64,000 bases of DNA from Patescibacteria group bacterium (GTDB lineage Bacteria > Patescibacteriota > Patescibacteriia > Buchananbacterales > UBA6539), in assembly GCA_041662625.1 (NCBI GenBank), contig JBAZSB010000001.1, positions 374,467 to 438,466 on the forward strand. Reading direction: 5' to 3'. Positions within the stretch are counted from its first letter, which is position 1. Each line of letters starts with the position of its first letter. Position numbers and translations under genes: made by a program. Shown here one piece after another: positions 1-9,454 of this stretch. The notes under the pieces are model-generated. The model had not been told where the DNA came from. It did not search any database and saw only the letters and a list, made by a program, of their open reading frames with translations.

Positions 1-834
1 GCGATATTCACGCAGATAAGCATTTTTTCTGATGGCTTTGATTAAACGATGATATAAAGGGCTAATCTTTAATTTTTGCTCTAATTTTTTCTGCTCGGCA
101 ATTAACTTCTTTTTTTTGATTTCTAAATCTCTTAAAGTCTTGTTGGGATTTTTATTCTCCTTTATAATTTTTCTGACTATTTTTTTAAAATCATTTTTGG
201 TTCTCAATTTACCCTCATAATTTATTAAAAGCCAACTGTAATCCTTTACCAACTGATCTAAAACTTTCCCTTCAGTCTTTTTGTCATTTTTTATTTTAAT
301 GGCTGCACGTAACAGATCCTTTTCTTCTTTAAGATAATAAGTATCTTTTGTACTTGAAGTTAAAATAGTAAAAAAATAATTGGCTTTTGATTGCGGCCAA
401 TTACTTAAAAAATATTTTTTTGTTTGAGCGACTAATTTCTGGTCATAAGTATTAACTAGCCCAAAGGCAAAAATTTCTGCATACAACTCATTGAATTTTT
501 TTAATAAATATATTAATTTTTGGTTCGAATAGCTATTAAGATCACTATGATAGAAACTAGCAGCAAAAATTAATAAATTACTTGCTGCCTTTTTGACTTC
601 TTTTTCCACTTGATTCATGAAACTTTGATTATTAAAAATTTTCCCAAAAGCAATAGCCGAATAATAATCTTCACTTTCCCGGTCTAAATAGCAATCCATC
701 TTGCCCTGATAAAAATGAGCAATAACTCTTTGGTCAGTTTTCCCAAAAGCTTTTTTCTTATTTTTTAGATTACCCAAAAAAGTCGGCCAAATCGTCAGGG
801 GATAAGTTATCCGGGAGTAACCTTGGATCCACAT
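1..834 (-). CDS. PEP-utilizing enzyme family protein, N-terminal 278 aa only (runs off the window start); paralog of the next gene
   Basis: Manual translation of the minus strand from ATG at 834-832 is an open frame all the way to position 1 (MWIQGYSRITYPLTIWPTF...LYHRLIKAIRKNAYLREYR). It is collinear and similar to the N-terminal 280 aa of ORF 843..2306 (e.g. DYSWLLINYEGK vs KKYFWILNSYHH). It is not in the ORF track because it is edge-truncated. Confidence 0.5.
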   Translation of the reverse strand, partial: MWIQGYSRITYPLTIWPTFLGNLKNKKKAFGKTDQRVIAHFYQGKMDCYLDRESEDYYSAIAFGKIFNNQSFMNQVEKEVKKAASNLLIFAASFYHSDLNSYSNQKLIYLLKKFNELYAEIFAFGLVNTYDQKLVAQTKKYFLSNWPQSKANYFFTILTSSTKDTYYLKEEKDLLRAAIKIKNDKKTEGKVLDQLVKDYSWLLINYEGKLRTKNDFKKIVRKIIKENKNPNKTLRDLEIKKKKLIAEQKKLEQKLKISPLYHRLIKAIRKNAYLREYR

Positions 835-842
835 AAAATTAA

Positions 843-2306
843 TTATTTCTTCAAAATAGTCACTACGCCTTGATTAGTATTAACTTCAACCAAATCACCA
901 TCGTGCAAAACTTTGGTGGCAATTTTCGTATTAACAATGCAAGGAATTTTTAATTCGCGAGAAACAATCGCCGCATGACTAGTCATTCCACCTTCGTCAG
1001 TAACAATGGCACTGGCCTTTTTAATCGCCACAATGTAGTCAGGCGAAGTCATTGCCGCCACTAAAACTTCACCTTTTTTCATTTGGCCAAAATTAGCAAC
1101 GCTGGTTAAAATTCTAACTTTGGCTCTAACTATCTTACCCCGACTGACAACTAAACCTTTAAATTTCTTAGTTGTTTTGTCAACTTTAACGGCAGTATAA
1201 CGACTACTGATTTTTTTTGCCAATGGGCCGGAAATATATTCCAATTTGTTCTTTTTTTCTGAATAAAAAACAACAAGATTTTTATAACGAGAAGCAATTT
1301 CTTTTTTAAAGATTATCTTTTGGTCCTTGGCTAACTTTAAAATCTCAAAACCACTATAATAATGCAGGCTGGAAAAATCCAAGTTATAACGCCGGCAAAA
1401 TTCTTTGATAAATAAATCAATATAATGATTAGCTAAAAAAATGTAATATTTGCGCAAATCCTGCCACCAAATACAGAAAGCTAACCGGTCAGCAATCTTT
1501 CTAATTTCTGGCTTGAGGTGGTACTTTTTAATAATCTGATCCTTTTCTTTTTTTACCCTCTTACTGTGATTTTCCAGCTCTTTAATTTTAGTTTGGGCTT
1601 TCTTTAAACTATAATTTGCCAGTTCCATTCTGAAATAATTTTCAGCCAAAATCCGGGTGTGGTGATAACTATTCAAAATCCAAAAATATTTTTTCTGGTG
1701 ATTGGCTAACTTTTGCTTAAATAATTTTGGCTTTTTACTAAATTTCTTAAGTTTCAATAAATCTAATTCAGCTTGTTGGTAAAAAGATAAATTAATTGGC
1801 GCTGATAGCCTTTCATAGATATAAATAAAGTCTTTGGCCGGCACTAATTTTTCTAACTTCTCCTTAAGGGTGATTTCGCCACCCCAGTTTGCCACTTCCG
1901 GCAATAAACCCAGGACCCAAAAATTAATATAAGAATCAGCCCACGTCTTAAAAATTAAATATAACTCTTTATTACTAAGGTCTTTGGCCGCAGAAAAAGA
2001 TATAGTTTTTTGAAAATCTAGCCAGCGGCTTAAATTTTTTTGCCAAAGGCGATAATAATACTTAAAGTTATTGTCAACCATTATAAATTTTTTGAAATTT
2101 TTCCGGCCACAGTTGTACAAAGCATTACTATTAAGCACAAAAAGTATTTTTTCTTTTCCCGCCAATAATAAAAGATCTGGCCAACTGAAAAATCCGTCCT
2201 TTTGAAATTTGATAAAGGCAATATTAAAAAAATCGGGGTAAATTAACTTACCATCAATCGGCCCCCATTTGAATAATTCACCCAAGGGATCAATATCTAT
2301 CTTCAT
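843..2306 (-). CDS. PEP-utilizing enzyme, mobile (swivel phosphohistidine) domain protein
   Basis: C-terminus has the GGMTSHAAIVSRELKIPCIV motif typical of the PEP-utilizing enzyme phosphohistidine domain. The N-terminal 350 aa are a lineage-specific domain. Confidence 0.7.
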   Translation of the reverse strand: MKIDIDPLGELFKWGPIDGKLIYPDFFNIAFIKFQKDGFFSWPDLLLLAGKEKILFVLNSNALYNCGRKNFKKFIMVDNNFKYYYRLWQKNLSRWLDFQKTISFSAAKDLSNKELYLIFKTWADSYINFWVLGLLPEVANWGGEITLKEKLEKLVPAKDFIYIYERLSAPINLSFYQQAELDLLKLKKFSKKPKLFKQKLANHQKKYFWILNSYHHTRILAENYFRMELANYSLKKAQTKIKELENHSKRVKKEKDQIIKKYHLKPEIRKIADRLAFCIWWQDLRKYYIFLANHYIDLFIKEFCRRYNLDFSSLHYYSGFEILKLAKDQKIIFKKEIASRYKNLVVFYSEKKNKLEYISGPLAKKISSRYTAVKVDKTTKKFKGLVVSRGKIVRAKVRILTSVANFGQMKKGEVLVAAMTSPDYIVAIKKASAIVTDEGGMTSHAAIVSRELKIPCIVNTKIATKVLHDGDLVEVNTNQGVVTILKK

Positions 2307-2333
2307 ATTAAATTTGTAATAACGGCACTATTC

Positions 2334-3638
2334 TTATTCCGTTGTTTTCAAAATCTGGAGCGCCTTATCTAATTGAGGATCTTTATCACTGTTATAATCT
2401 TCAGTGGTTAATTCAATTTCAATATCAGGCTTAATTCCCTCCTCGTTGATATTACGGCCATTTGGTGTCAACCATTCAGCAATCGTTAACTTAACCGATG
2501 AACCGTCAGAAAACTTTTTTAGATCCTGAACTGAACCTTTACCAAAAGTTGTTTCCCCAACTAAAGTGGCTACTTTATAGTCCTGCAAAGCACCAGCGAC
2601 GATTTCCGAACCTGAAGCACTACCTTTATTAACCAAAACTACCGTTGGGATATCCTTAAGCCTCGCCAGCCGATTGGCCTGATGGGCAATTTTTGTTCCA
2701 TTGCGCAGTTGTTCATAAACTACTACTTCACTGTCAACCCATTCACCGGCAACTTCAATTGCGGTATTTAAAAAGCCACCGGGATTATTCCTTAAATCCA
2801 AAATTATCCCTTTGGGACCAGCCGCTAAAACTTCCTGAATGGTTTTATTCCAATCAGCTAAAGTATTTTCATTAAAATAAAGTAACTCAATATAGGCGAT
2901 GTTCCCTTCTTTAAGCTCAAAACTTTTATCCTCACCTGCTGGTGTTGGTTCCGTACTTTTTCGGGAAAATTTTACACTATCAATTTCAATTTTTTCCCGG
3001 GTAATAGAAACTTCCTTTGGCTCTTCATCACCATTGCTTAAAACTGTCAGTTTAACTTGCGTCCCTTTATTGCCCCGGATGATGCTGACGGCATAATCCA
3101 AGGCAATACCGGCAGTATCAGCACCATCAATGGCTAAAATTTTATCACCAGCCCGCAAGCCGGCTTTATCTGCCGGTGTCCCGGGTAAAGGCGCAATGAT
3201 GGTCAGACGGTCTTGTTTAATACCAATCTCGGCGCCAATTCCTTCAAAACTGCCGGCTAGCTCTTCTTCAAATTTATTGGAAATTTCCGGATTTAAAAAT
3301 ACCGAGTAAGGATCCCCAAGTGAAGCAACAATACCAGCCATGGCCCCGTAAAAAAGCTGGCTTTCAGGCACGTCAGACTTAACGTAATTATCTTTGACAT
3401 AATTCCAGACCTGCCAAAATTCACTGAAATTGACGTCCTTGGTCAAAAAATCCGGTATTTCTTGAGTATGTTTAACTGTACCGCCTTCGACTTTAGCCTT
3501 CTGGCTTAGCTGAAACCGGCCAAAAATAAAACCGGCACTGAAAATTAAGACAATAAGAACAATCAAAGAATAAACTTTGATCAATCTAGAATTAAATTTA
3601 GATTTTGTTTTTTCGGTTTGATTTTGATTTAGTTCCAT
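2334..3638 (-). CDS. ctpA: S41 family carboxyl-terminal processing peptidase (PDZ + S41)
   Basis: PDZ-like GDKILAIDGADTAG, S41 catalytic region TLVGETTFGKGSVQ, N-terminal TM anchor. Confidence 0.85.
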   Translation of the reverse strand: MELNQNQTEKTKSKFNSRLIKVYSLIVLIVLIFSAGFIFGRFQLSQKAKVEGGTVKHTQEIPDFLTKDVNFSEFWQVWNYVKDNYVKSDVPESQLFYGAMAGIVASLGDPYSVFLNPEISNKFEEELAGSFEGIGAEIGIKQDRLTIIAPLPGTPADKAGLRAGDKILAIDGADTAGIALDYAVSIIRGNKGTQVKLTVLSNGDEEPKEVSITREKIEIDSVKFSRKSTEPTPAGEDKSFELKEGNIAYIELLYFNENTLADWNKTIQEVLAAGPKGIILDLRNNPGGFLNTAIEVAGEWVDSEVVVYEQLRNGTKIAHQANRLARLKDIPTVVLVNKGSASGSEIVAGALQDYKVATLVGETTFGKGSVQDLKKFSDGSSVKLTIAEWLTPNGRNINEEGIKPDIEIELTTEDYNSDKDPQLDKALQILKTTE

Positions 3639-3724
3639 TTATTTTTAGAAATTAGGATTTAGGCTCTAGGCGCTAGGATTCAATACCTAATTGCCTAAAG
3701 CCTAAAGCCTAAATATCCTAGCAC

Positions 3725-5029
3725 CTACTCAATCTTCCTAATCTTCGCCCCCACCTTGGCCAACCGACCGCATAAATCCTCGTAACCTCGCTCAATTGAA
3801 TAGACGTTTCTTAAAATCGACTGGCCCGTGGCTGCTAAAAGAGCCACTAAAATTATAGTTGAAGGCCGTAAGGCCGGCGGACAGACAATCTCGTTTCCTT
3901 TCAATTTAGTCGGTCCGACAACATAAACCCGGTGAGGATCGGCTAACTCAACTTTAGCGCCTAATTTATTAAGCTCGGTATAATAAATTGCCCGATTTTC
4001 ATAAACCCAGTCAAAAATTAAAGTTCTGCCTCTAGCTTGGGTAGCAATTGGCACAAAAAACGGCAAATTATCAATATTAATTCCCGGGTACGGCCGGGCA
4101 TAAATCTTTTCATCAAGGGCCACTAGTTTACTTGGGGAAGTCTGAATATCAACCAACTTGGTTTTTCCGTTTCTTGCTTTGTATCTTTTAGTTATTTTGA
4201 ATTTGAAACCCATTTTTTCCAGTTTCAAAAGTTCAAGCTCTAAAAATTCAATTGGGCAGCGTAAAATTTTCAGGCCAGAATTAGTCGTTGCCGCAATAGC
4301 TAAAAAAAGCATTGACTCAATCGGGTCTTCACTTAAAAAATAACTAATATTTTTATTAATATTTTTTTTGCCTTCAACTTCAAGAGTAGTAGTACCAATC
4401 CCTTTAATTTTAATACCCAGTTTTTCCAAAAAATAACAAAGGTCCTGAACCTGATAATTAGCGGAGGCAAACTTAATTATAGTTTTACCCGGAATTTTAG
4501 CAGCCGCCATTATAGCGTTTTCAGTCACGGTGTCACCAGATTCATACAAAACAATTTCCCCGCCGGGCTTTAAATTATTTGCTTTAACTTGATAATGTTT
4601 ACGTAAAGTTTCAATATTAATACCAAAATTCTCCAACGCCCAAAGATGAGGCTTAACGGTCCGTTTGCCCAACCGGCAGCCACCCGGTTGCGGCACTAAA
4701 AATGATTTTTCATAATGAACCATTACGCCCAACAAAAATAAAACACTTCGAGTCTTAATCGCTGATTCATAGTTGATTGCCCCTAAATTGAATTTTTTTG
4801 GCGGCAGAATAACCACATCCCGATTATTAACCCACTTGACAGTCACGCCGATACTCTGCAATACTTCAATAATCCGATTTACTTCTTCAATTTTGGGCAC
4901 ATCTTTTAAAGTGGTTTTTCCCTGATTTAAAAGTGCCGCATTAAGCATTACTACTGCGGCATTTTTTGAGGTATTGGTCACCAGTGTGCCACTTAATTTT
5001 TGTTGACCAGTGATTAAATAATTACTCAT
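3725..5029 (-). CDS. murA: UDP-N-acetylglucosamine 1-carboxyvinyltransferase
   Basis: 434 aa. EPT-fold motifs (LLNQGKTTLKDVP, GGCRLGKRTVKPHL, RGYEDL) match MurA. Confidence 0.85.
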   Translation of the reverse strand: MSNYLITGQQKLSGTLVTNTSKNAAVVMLNAALLNQGKTTLKDVPKIEEVNRIIEVLQSIGVTVKWVNNRDVVILPPKKFNLGAINYESAIKTRSVLFLLGVMVHYEKSFLVPQPGGCRLGKRTVKPHLWALENFGINIETLRKHYQVKANNLKPGGEIVLYESGDTVTENAIMAAAKIPGKTIIKFASANYQVQDLCYFLEKLGIKIKGIGTTTLEVEGKKNINKNISYFLSEDPIESMLFLAIAATTNSGLKILRCPIEFLELELLKLEKMGFKFKITKRYKARNGKTKLVDIQTSPSKLVALDEKIYARPYPGINIDNLPFFVPIATQARGRTLIFDWVYENRAIYYTELNKLGAKVELADPHRVYVVGPTKLKGNEIVCPPALRPSTIILVALLAATGQSILRNVYSIERGYEDLCGRLAKVGAKIRKIE

Positions 5030-5062
5030 CTTGGTGGTAAATAATTAAAAATTCTGCTAAAA

Positions 5063-5071
5063 TTTAATTAA
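5063..5071 (+). promoter_or_regulatory. extended -10 element TGcTAAAAT upstream of the PEGA gene
   Basis: tgctaaaat lies 50 nt upstream of ATG 5121. The same 9-mer recurs at 20544-20552. Confidence 0.35.
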
Positions 5072-5120
5072 CTTGGACTCAGTAATTTTACTATTTTAAG
5101 CTTATTTTTACAAGCCCCCT

Positions 5121-6494
5121 ATGAAGCTAAGGCTTAGGCGATTCATCTATTTAACCTTTATTACGTTTTTTATAATTATTGTACCGGTTATTACCTTATA
5201 CGCTGCCGGCTATAGTTACAATTTCAAAAAAAATAAAATTGAAAAAACCGGTATTCTTTATATCGAATCAAAACCAAAAGATGCCCAAATTTATATCAAC
5301 GGTAAATATCAAGCCAATACTCCTAAACGTTTTAGCCGGCTTTTGCCTGACAACTACCAAGTTGACGTCGAAAAAACCGGTTATTATCCTTGGCAAAAAA
5401 AACTTGAGGTAAAAAGTAATTCAACTACCTTTAGTAAAAACATTGTTTTATTTAAAAAAAATCTGCCAATCAACATCATTGAAGGTCAAATTAATATTTT
5501 AAGTGTTTCCCCAAATCAAGAAAAAATGGTCTATTCGTTGCTTGAGCAAAATACCGAGGAATTAAGGCTAAGAAACTTAAAAAACCAACTAGATCTTTCA
5601 ATCGAAAAACTTAATAGCCGAAATTATGACCAGCTTGAACCGATTGAATGGTCACCGGATCAAAGCAAAGTTTTACTAAAAGAAACAATTGGTGATTTCA
5701 ACAAGTATTTAATTATTGATACTGAGACTTTAAAAGTCAATGAATTATTTGATATTACTCGTCTTAACTTCACCAAAGTTAACTGGGACACTCTTAATGG
5801 CACCTATCTTTATGGCTTAAGAAATGCCATTTTATACCAAATTGATTTAGTGAACAACTCAACTAAAACCCTGGTTTCTGCTAACATTGAGGATTTTCAA
5901 ATCAAAAGAGAAGAAATTTATTATATTACGCGGGTCATTAATGAATCATTCCTCAATAGAAGTATTTTGGAAAATCAAACAGTAAGCAAATCGGAAAAAA
6001 TCAAACTCCCTTCTCCTTCCCAATATACTCTTCAACCATCAAGCCAAAATTATATCGTCTTGTTGGACAAAAAAAATAATGACCTATTTGTCATTAGTCC
6101 AAAATCTTTTACCGATCAAGATATCAACCAAAATGTAATTCTGCAGGATCGGGCAAAAAAAATTATTTGGTCAAAAAACTTAAAACGACTCCTATATTAC
6201 ACTGACTTTGAAATTTGGACTTTTGATTTCGTGACGAGGCAAAAAAATCTAATCACTCGCTATGGTGAAACTATTAAACAAGCCTTCTGGTATACTGGTG
6301 AAAATTATATCATTTACCAAATCAATAACCAGATTAAAGTGATTGAGGACTCTCTTGACGAAGCCAAAAATGACATTCAATTAACGGACTTTTCGGAAAT
6401 TGACTCAGTGACACTTGATAACACCGGCACCAATCTTTATTTCAAAGGTAAAGCTGGCAATCAAAGTGGCATCTACCAGCTAGCAATCCAATAG
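5121..6494 (+). CDS. membrane-anchored PEGA-domain protein with a C-terminal beta-rich (propeller-like) region
   Basis: N-terminal TM helix. PEGA-like segment (ILYIESKPKDAQIYINGKYQANTPKR...YQVDVEKTGYYPW). Confidence 0.5.
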   Translation: MKLRLRRFIYLTFITFFIIIVPVITLYAAGYSYNFKKNKIEKTGILYIESKPKDAQIYINGKYQANTPKRFSRLLPDNYQVDVEKTGYYPWQKKLEVKSNSTTFSKNIVLFKKNLPINIIEGQINILSVSPNQEKMVYSLLEQNTEELRLRNLKNQLDLSIEKLNSRNYDQLEPIEWSPDQSKVLLKETIGDFNKYLIIDTETLKVNELFDITRLNFTKVNWDTLNGTYLYGLRNAILYQIDLVNNSTKTLVSANIEDFQIKREEIYYITRVINESFLNRSILENQTVSKSEKIKLPSPSQYTLQPSSQNYIVLLDKKNNDLFVISPKSFTDQDINQNVILQDRAKKIIWSKNLKRLLYYTDFEIWTFDFVTRQKNLITRYGETIKQAFWYTGENYIIYQINNQIKVIEDSLDEAKNDIQLTDFSEIDSVTLDNTGTNLYFKGKAGNQSGIYQLAIQ

Positions 6495-6605
6495 TTAATC
6501 TTACTTTAACAAAAAACCCACCAAAATGGGCTTTTTGAATTACCTGGTTAATCTAAAATTCTAAACTTTATTAACTTTATTAACTATATCGCTTTATTAA
6601 CTCTA

Positions 6606-7325
6606 TTACTTCTCTCTTCCCGCCACCAAATTACCAGCTTCTAATAAACTAGCAAACGACTCTCCCCCATCACCCCACCAGCCGGACAATATTTCAAAAG
6701 TCATTGAATTTTTGGCCACGTAAAAATTATTCACATCGGTAATTTCCAGTTCACCACGGCCAGAAGGCTTTAGAGTTTTAATGGCTTGCCAAACAGAATT
6801 ATCATACATATAAACTCCAATTACCGCTAAATTACTTTTGGGATTTTGGGGTTTTTCTTCAATACTTTTAATTTTATCGCCTGCCAGTTCCGCAATGCCA
6901 AAGGACTCCGGGTTAGTTACTTCTTTAAGAAAAATCTTCGCTCCTTTTGGCTGGGATTCAAAATCTTTAGCCGCCTGACTGATATCATCTTCCAAAATAT
7001 TATCACCCAGCATAACAACAATTTTCTTATCATCGGCAAAATCTTCACACAGACCTAAAGCCTGAGCAATCCCACCGGCTTCTTCCTGAACGGCATAAGA
7101 AAAATTAGCCCCAAATTCCTGGCCCGATTTCAGTAATTCCAAAAATTGACCCGCATGGCCTTTGCCGGAAACAATCATAATATCTTTAATTCCAGCTTTA
7201 ACTAAAGTCTGAATCGGATAATAAATCATCGGTTTATTGTAAACCGGCAAAAGATGCTTATTTGTCACTTTGGTCAGTGGGTCTAAGCGTGAGCCAGTCC
7301 CACCAGCAAGAATTATACCTTTCAT
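6606..7325 (-). CDS. rmlA: short-form sugar-1-phosphate nucleotidyltransferase (glucose-1-phosphate thymidylyltransferase-like)
   Basis: MKGIILAGGTGSRLDPLT...KHLLPV nucleotidyltransferase signature, 239 aa. It is clustered with rmlB/C/D. Confidence 0.7.
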   Translation of the reverse strand: MKGIILAGGTGSRLDPLTKVTNKHLLPVYNKPMIYYPIQTLVKAGIKDIMIVSGKGHAGQFLELLKSGQEFGANFSYAVQEEAGGIAQALGLCEDFADDKKIVVMLGDNILEDDISQAAKDFESQPKGAKIFLKEVTNPESFGIAELAGDKIKSIEEKPQNPKSNLAVIGVYMYDNSVWQAIKTLKPSGRGELEITDVNNFYVAKNSMTFEILSGWWGDGGESFASLLEAGNLVAGREK

Positions 7326-7344
7326 AAATTTTCCTATTTTCCTT

Positions 7345-8193
7345 TTAAGTTAAGAAATTTTTCTTTAAATCGCTTTCTTTAGCCTGACGAATCACTTCTT
7401 TTGAGGCTCGGCTTTGCTTGCTTTGCTCCAAACGTACAGCATTCATTACCGCCATCAAATAAACCAGCCAAAATCCGGGCTTAAAAGCCTCAATCTCCAG
7501 GCTAAATTTATAAACCAAGTCAGTTTTATTTTCATAAATCAGAACTGAACTATAATTTTCAAAAGTCTTGATAAAAACTAAATTATATTCTTTACCATCA
7601 AATTGAAAACAATAATTCAAAATATCAGTTCCTTCGGTCAAATAATAACCATTGATTAACTGGCTTAGAAATGATTGACTTAGTTTTTCGGCCAAAAGTT
7701 CACTAGACTTAATTACTCCACTGGGCCAACTTCCCGTAGCCAAAGGATAGTCTTTAATATCCTGAAAAAATTGTTTTAATTTATTATGAAAACCAAGTTG
7801 ATTTTCCAGTTTTAGCCTTTCTTTTTTAACTTTTTCAATATCATCCCGGATAGTCTCAACATACTGATTATGTTTTCCAATTAATCTTCCAATGATTTCT
7901 TGGGTATTTTTGCGAAATAACCCTAGCTCCGGAATAACGATATTAGATTCACTTTTAATCCGAGAAAAAATACTGGCAATAATTGTGGGCAAAAGAAGAA
8001 TAAAAGCCCAAAGCCATTCTTCACTGTAAAATAAATATAATGATAAGGGCAAAGTGATTAAAGCAACCAACCAAAGAAAAATTACGATATAGCCACGGAT
8101 TGTTTCGGGAATTAACTCATCTTCCGAACGGCTAATATAATAAACTAGAAAAGCCAAAATGCCGATAACAAAAATCCAACCAGGAATATACAT
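7345..8193 (-). CDS. hypothetical membrane protein (3 N-terminal TM helices + coiled-coil)
   Basis: ORF with hydrophobic N-terminus. No recognisable domain. Confidence 0.4.
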   Translation of the reverse strand: MYIPGWIFVIGILAFLVYYISRSEDELIPETIRGYIVIFLWLVALITLPLSLYLFYSEEWLWAFILLLPTIIASIFSRIKSESNIVIPELGLFRKNTQEIIGRLIGKHNQYVETIRDDIEKVKKERLKLENQLGFHNKLKQFFQDIKDYPLATGSWPSGVIKSSELLAEKLSQSFLSQLINGYYLTEGTDILNYCFQFDGKEYNLVFIKTFENYSSVLIYENKTDLVYKFSLEIEAFKPGFWLVYLMAVMNAVRLEQSKQSRASKEVIRQAKESDLKKNFLT

Positions 8194-8209
8194 AATTTAT
8201 TTAAAGGAA

Positions 8210-9049
8210 TTAAATATTTTTTAAATAATCTTCTAGCGCCTCCTGCCACTCCCTCATCGGTTCCAATTTGGTGTTGACCAGCATCGCATACTTGGGTCGC
8301 TTGGCGGGCTGGGGAAATTCGGAGGAACTGCAAGGCACGACTTTGGTTTTCAGACCTTTTAACTCAACTGCTTTTTTTGCTAAATCATACCAGCTGATTC
8401 CTTCAACTGGCGTTTCATTGGTTACATGATAAATGCCACAAGGTTTTTGGCGGTCAATAATTTCTCGCGTTCTTTTTGCCAAATCCTTGGCATAAGTTGG
8501 CCGACCAAAATGGTCATTTACTACTTTCAATTTACGCTGATTTTGAGCTTTTGTCAAAATTCTTTTAACAAAATTTTTGCCACCATATTCGCCAAAAAGC
8601 CAAGAAGAACGAATCAAATAATACATTTCGCAATTTTGCTGTAACTGCTGCTCGCCCAACATCTTCGAAGCGCCATAAGCACTAATGGGATTAGGCAAAT
8701 CCTCCTCTTTATAGCCATTTTGATTTTCACCACTAAAAACATAATCAGTGCTGTAATGGACCAAAATTGCACCAAGCTCTTTGGCCGCTTTGGCCAAGTA
8801 GCCAACGCCATAACCATTAACCGAGTTAGCCAGCTCCTTATTTTTCTCGGCACAGTCAACATCAGTGTAAGCCGCGGCGTTTAAAATTAAAGTTGGCTTA
8901 AGCTTGGCTAATTTATTACTTACTTGATTTTCATTAGTGATATCCAAATCAGCCGAATCCCAAAGAATTGGATTTTGGTCGGCAAAAACTTCGGCCAGAG
9001 CATGACCGAGCATTCCGTTGGCACCTAAAATTAAGATTTGTTGTTCCAT
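8210..9049 (-). CDS. rmlD: dTDP-4-dehydrorhamnose reductase
   Basis: ILILGANGMLG Rossmann start, YSTDYVF motif, about 280 aa, typical of RmlD. Confidence 0.8.
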   Translation of the reverse strand: MEQQILILGANGMLGHALAEVFADQNPILWDSADLDITNENQVSNKLAKLKPTLILNAAAYTDVDCAEKNKELANSVNGYGVGYLAKAAKELGAILVHYSTDYVFSGENQNGYKEEDLPNPISAYGASKMLGEQQLQQNCEMYYLIRSSWLFGEYGGKNFVKRILTKAQNQRKLKVVNDHFGRPTYAKDLAKRTREIIDRQKPCGIYHVTNETPVEGISWYDLAKKAVELKGLKTKVVPCSSSEFPQPAKRPKYAMLVNTKLEPMREWQEALEDYLKNI

Positions 9050-9453
9050 TTTTTGAAATCATTAATAATCTTCCGATGATCAAAGCCAATATCTTTAGGC
9101 AGCTTATTTAAAGGAAAAAAATTGTGCGCTGTTGATTCCCGATTGCCTTTCAGTCTACTATTTATCGACTGACAGAAATAGGCTAAAGAGACAGTATGAT
9201 AGCGCGGATCACGCTTCGGATCAGAATAAACACCAAATAGTGTATAACTTTTTATTTTAAGATTAGTTTCTTCAAAAATTTCACGCTTTAAGGCCGTCTC
9301 AACCCTTTCACCATATTTAACATGGCCACCGGGCAGAACCCAAAAACCAACAAAAGGAAAATAATTTCTTTTGATCATTAAGACTTCACCTTTTTTATTA
9401 ATAATCAAGCTGTCAACGGTTAAAATTGGTGTTTTCGGCCTATTTACAGACAT
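9031..9453 (-). CDS. NUDIX hydrolase
   Basis: Nudix box GGHVKYGERVETALKREIFEETNL. Confidence 0.75.
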   Translation of the reverse strand: MSVNRPKTPILTVDSLIINKKGEVLMIKRNYFPFVGFWVLPGGHVKYGERVETALKREIFEETNLKIKSYTLFGVYSDPKRDPRYHTVSLAYFCQSINSRLKGNRESTAHNFFPLNKLPKDIGFDHRKIINDFKKWNNKS

Positions 9454-9454
9454 A

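Noticed and set aside
2693-3096. Short plus-strand ORFs nested antisense in the S41 peptidase gene (and similar nested ORFs at 4158, 5179, 6846, 8426, 8614, 14961, 16869, 17288, 19811, 22236, 24641, 24735, 25312, 25937, 26526, 31397, 32583, 33107, 33384, 34159, 36253, 38540, 38649, 38921, 39936, 40117, 42051, 42867, 44015, 45011, 47802, 48218, 48971, 48975, 50130, 50242, 52278, 54481, 55160, 55666, 58330, 61759, 62174, 62232, 63672)
   Set aside because: All lie wholly inside longer ORFs that have clear family signatures, and they have no independent translation signals.
3639-3724. Possible CRISPR array from the short tandem repeats
   Set aside because: Units are only 7-9 bp with no unique spacers of about 30 bp, and no cas genes are present.
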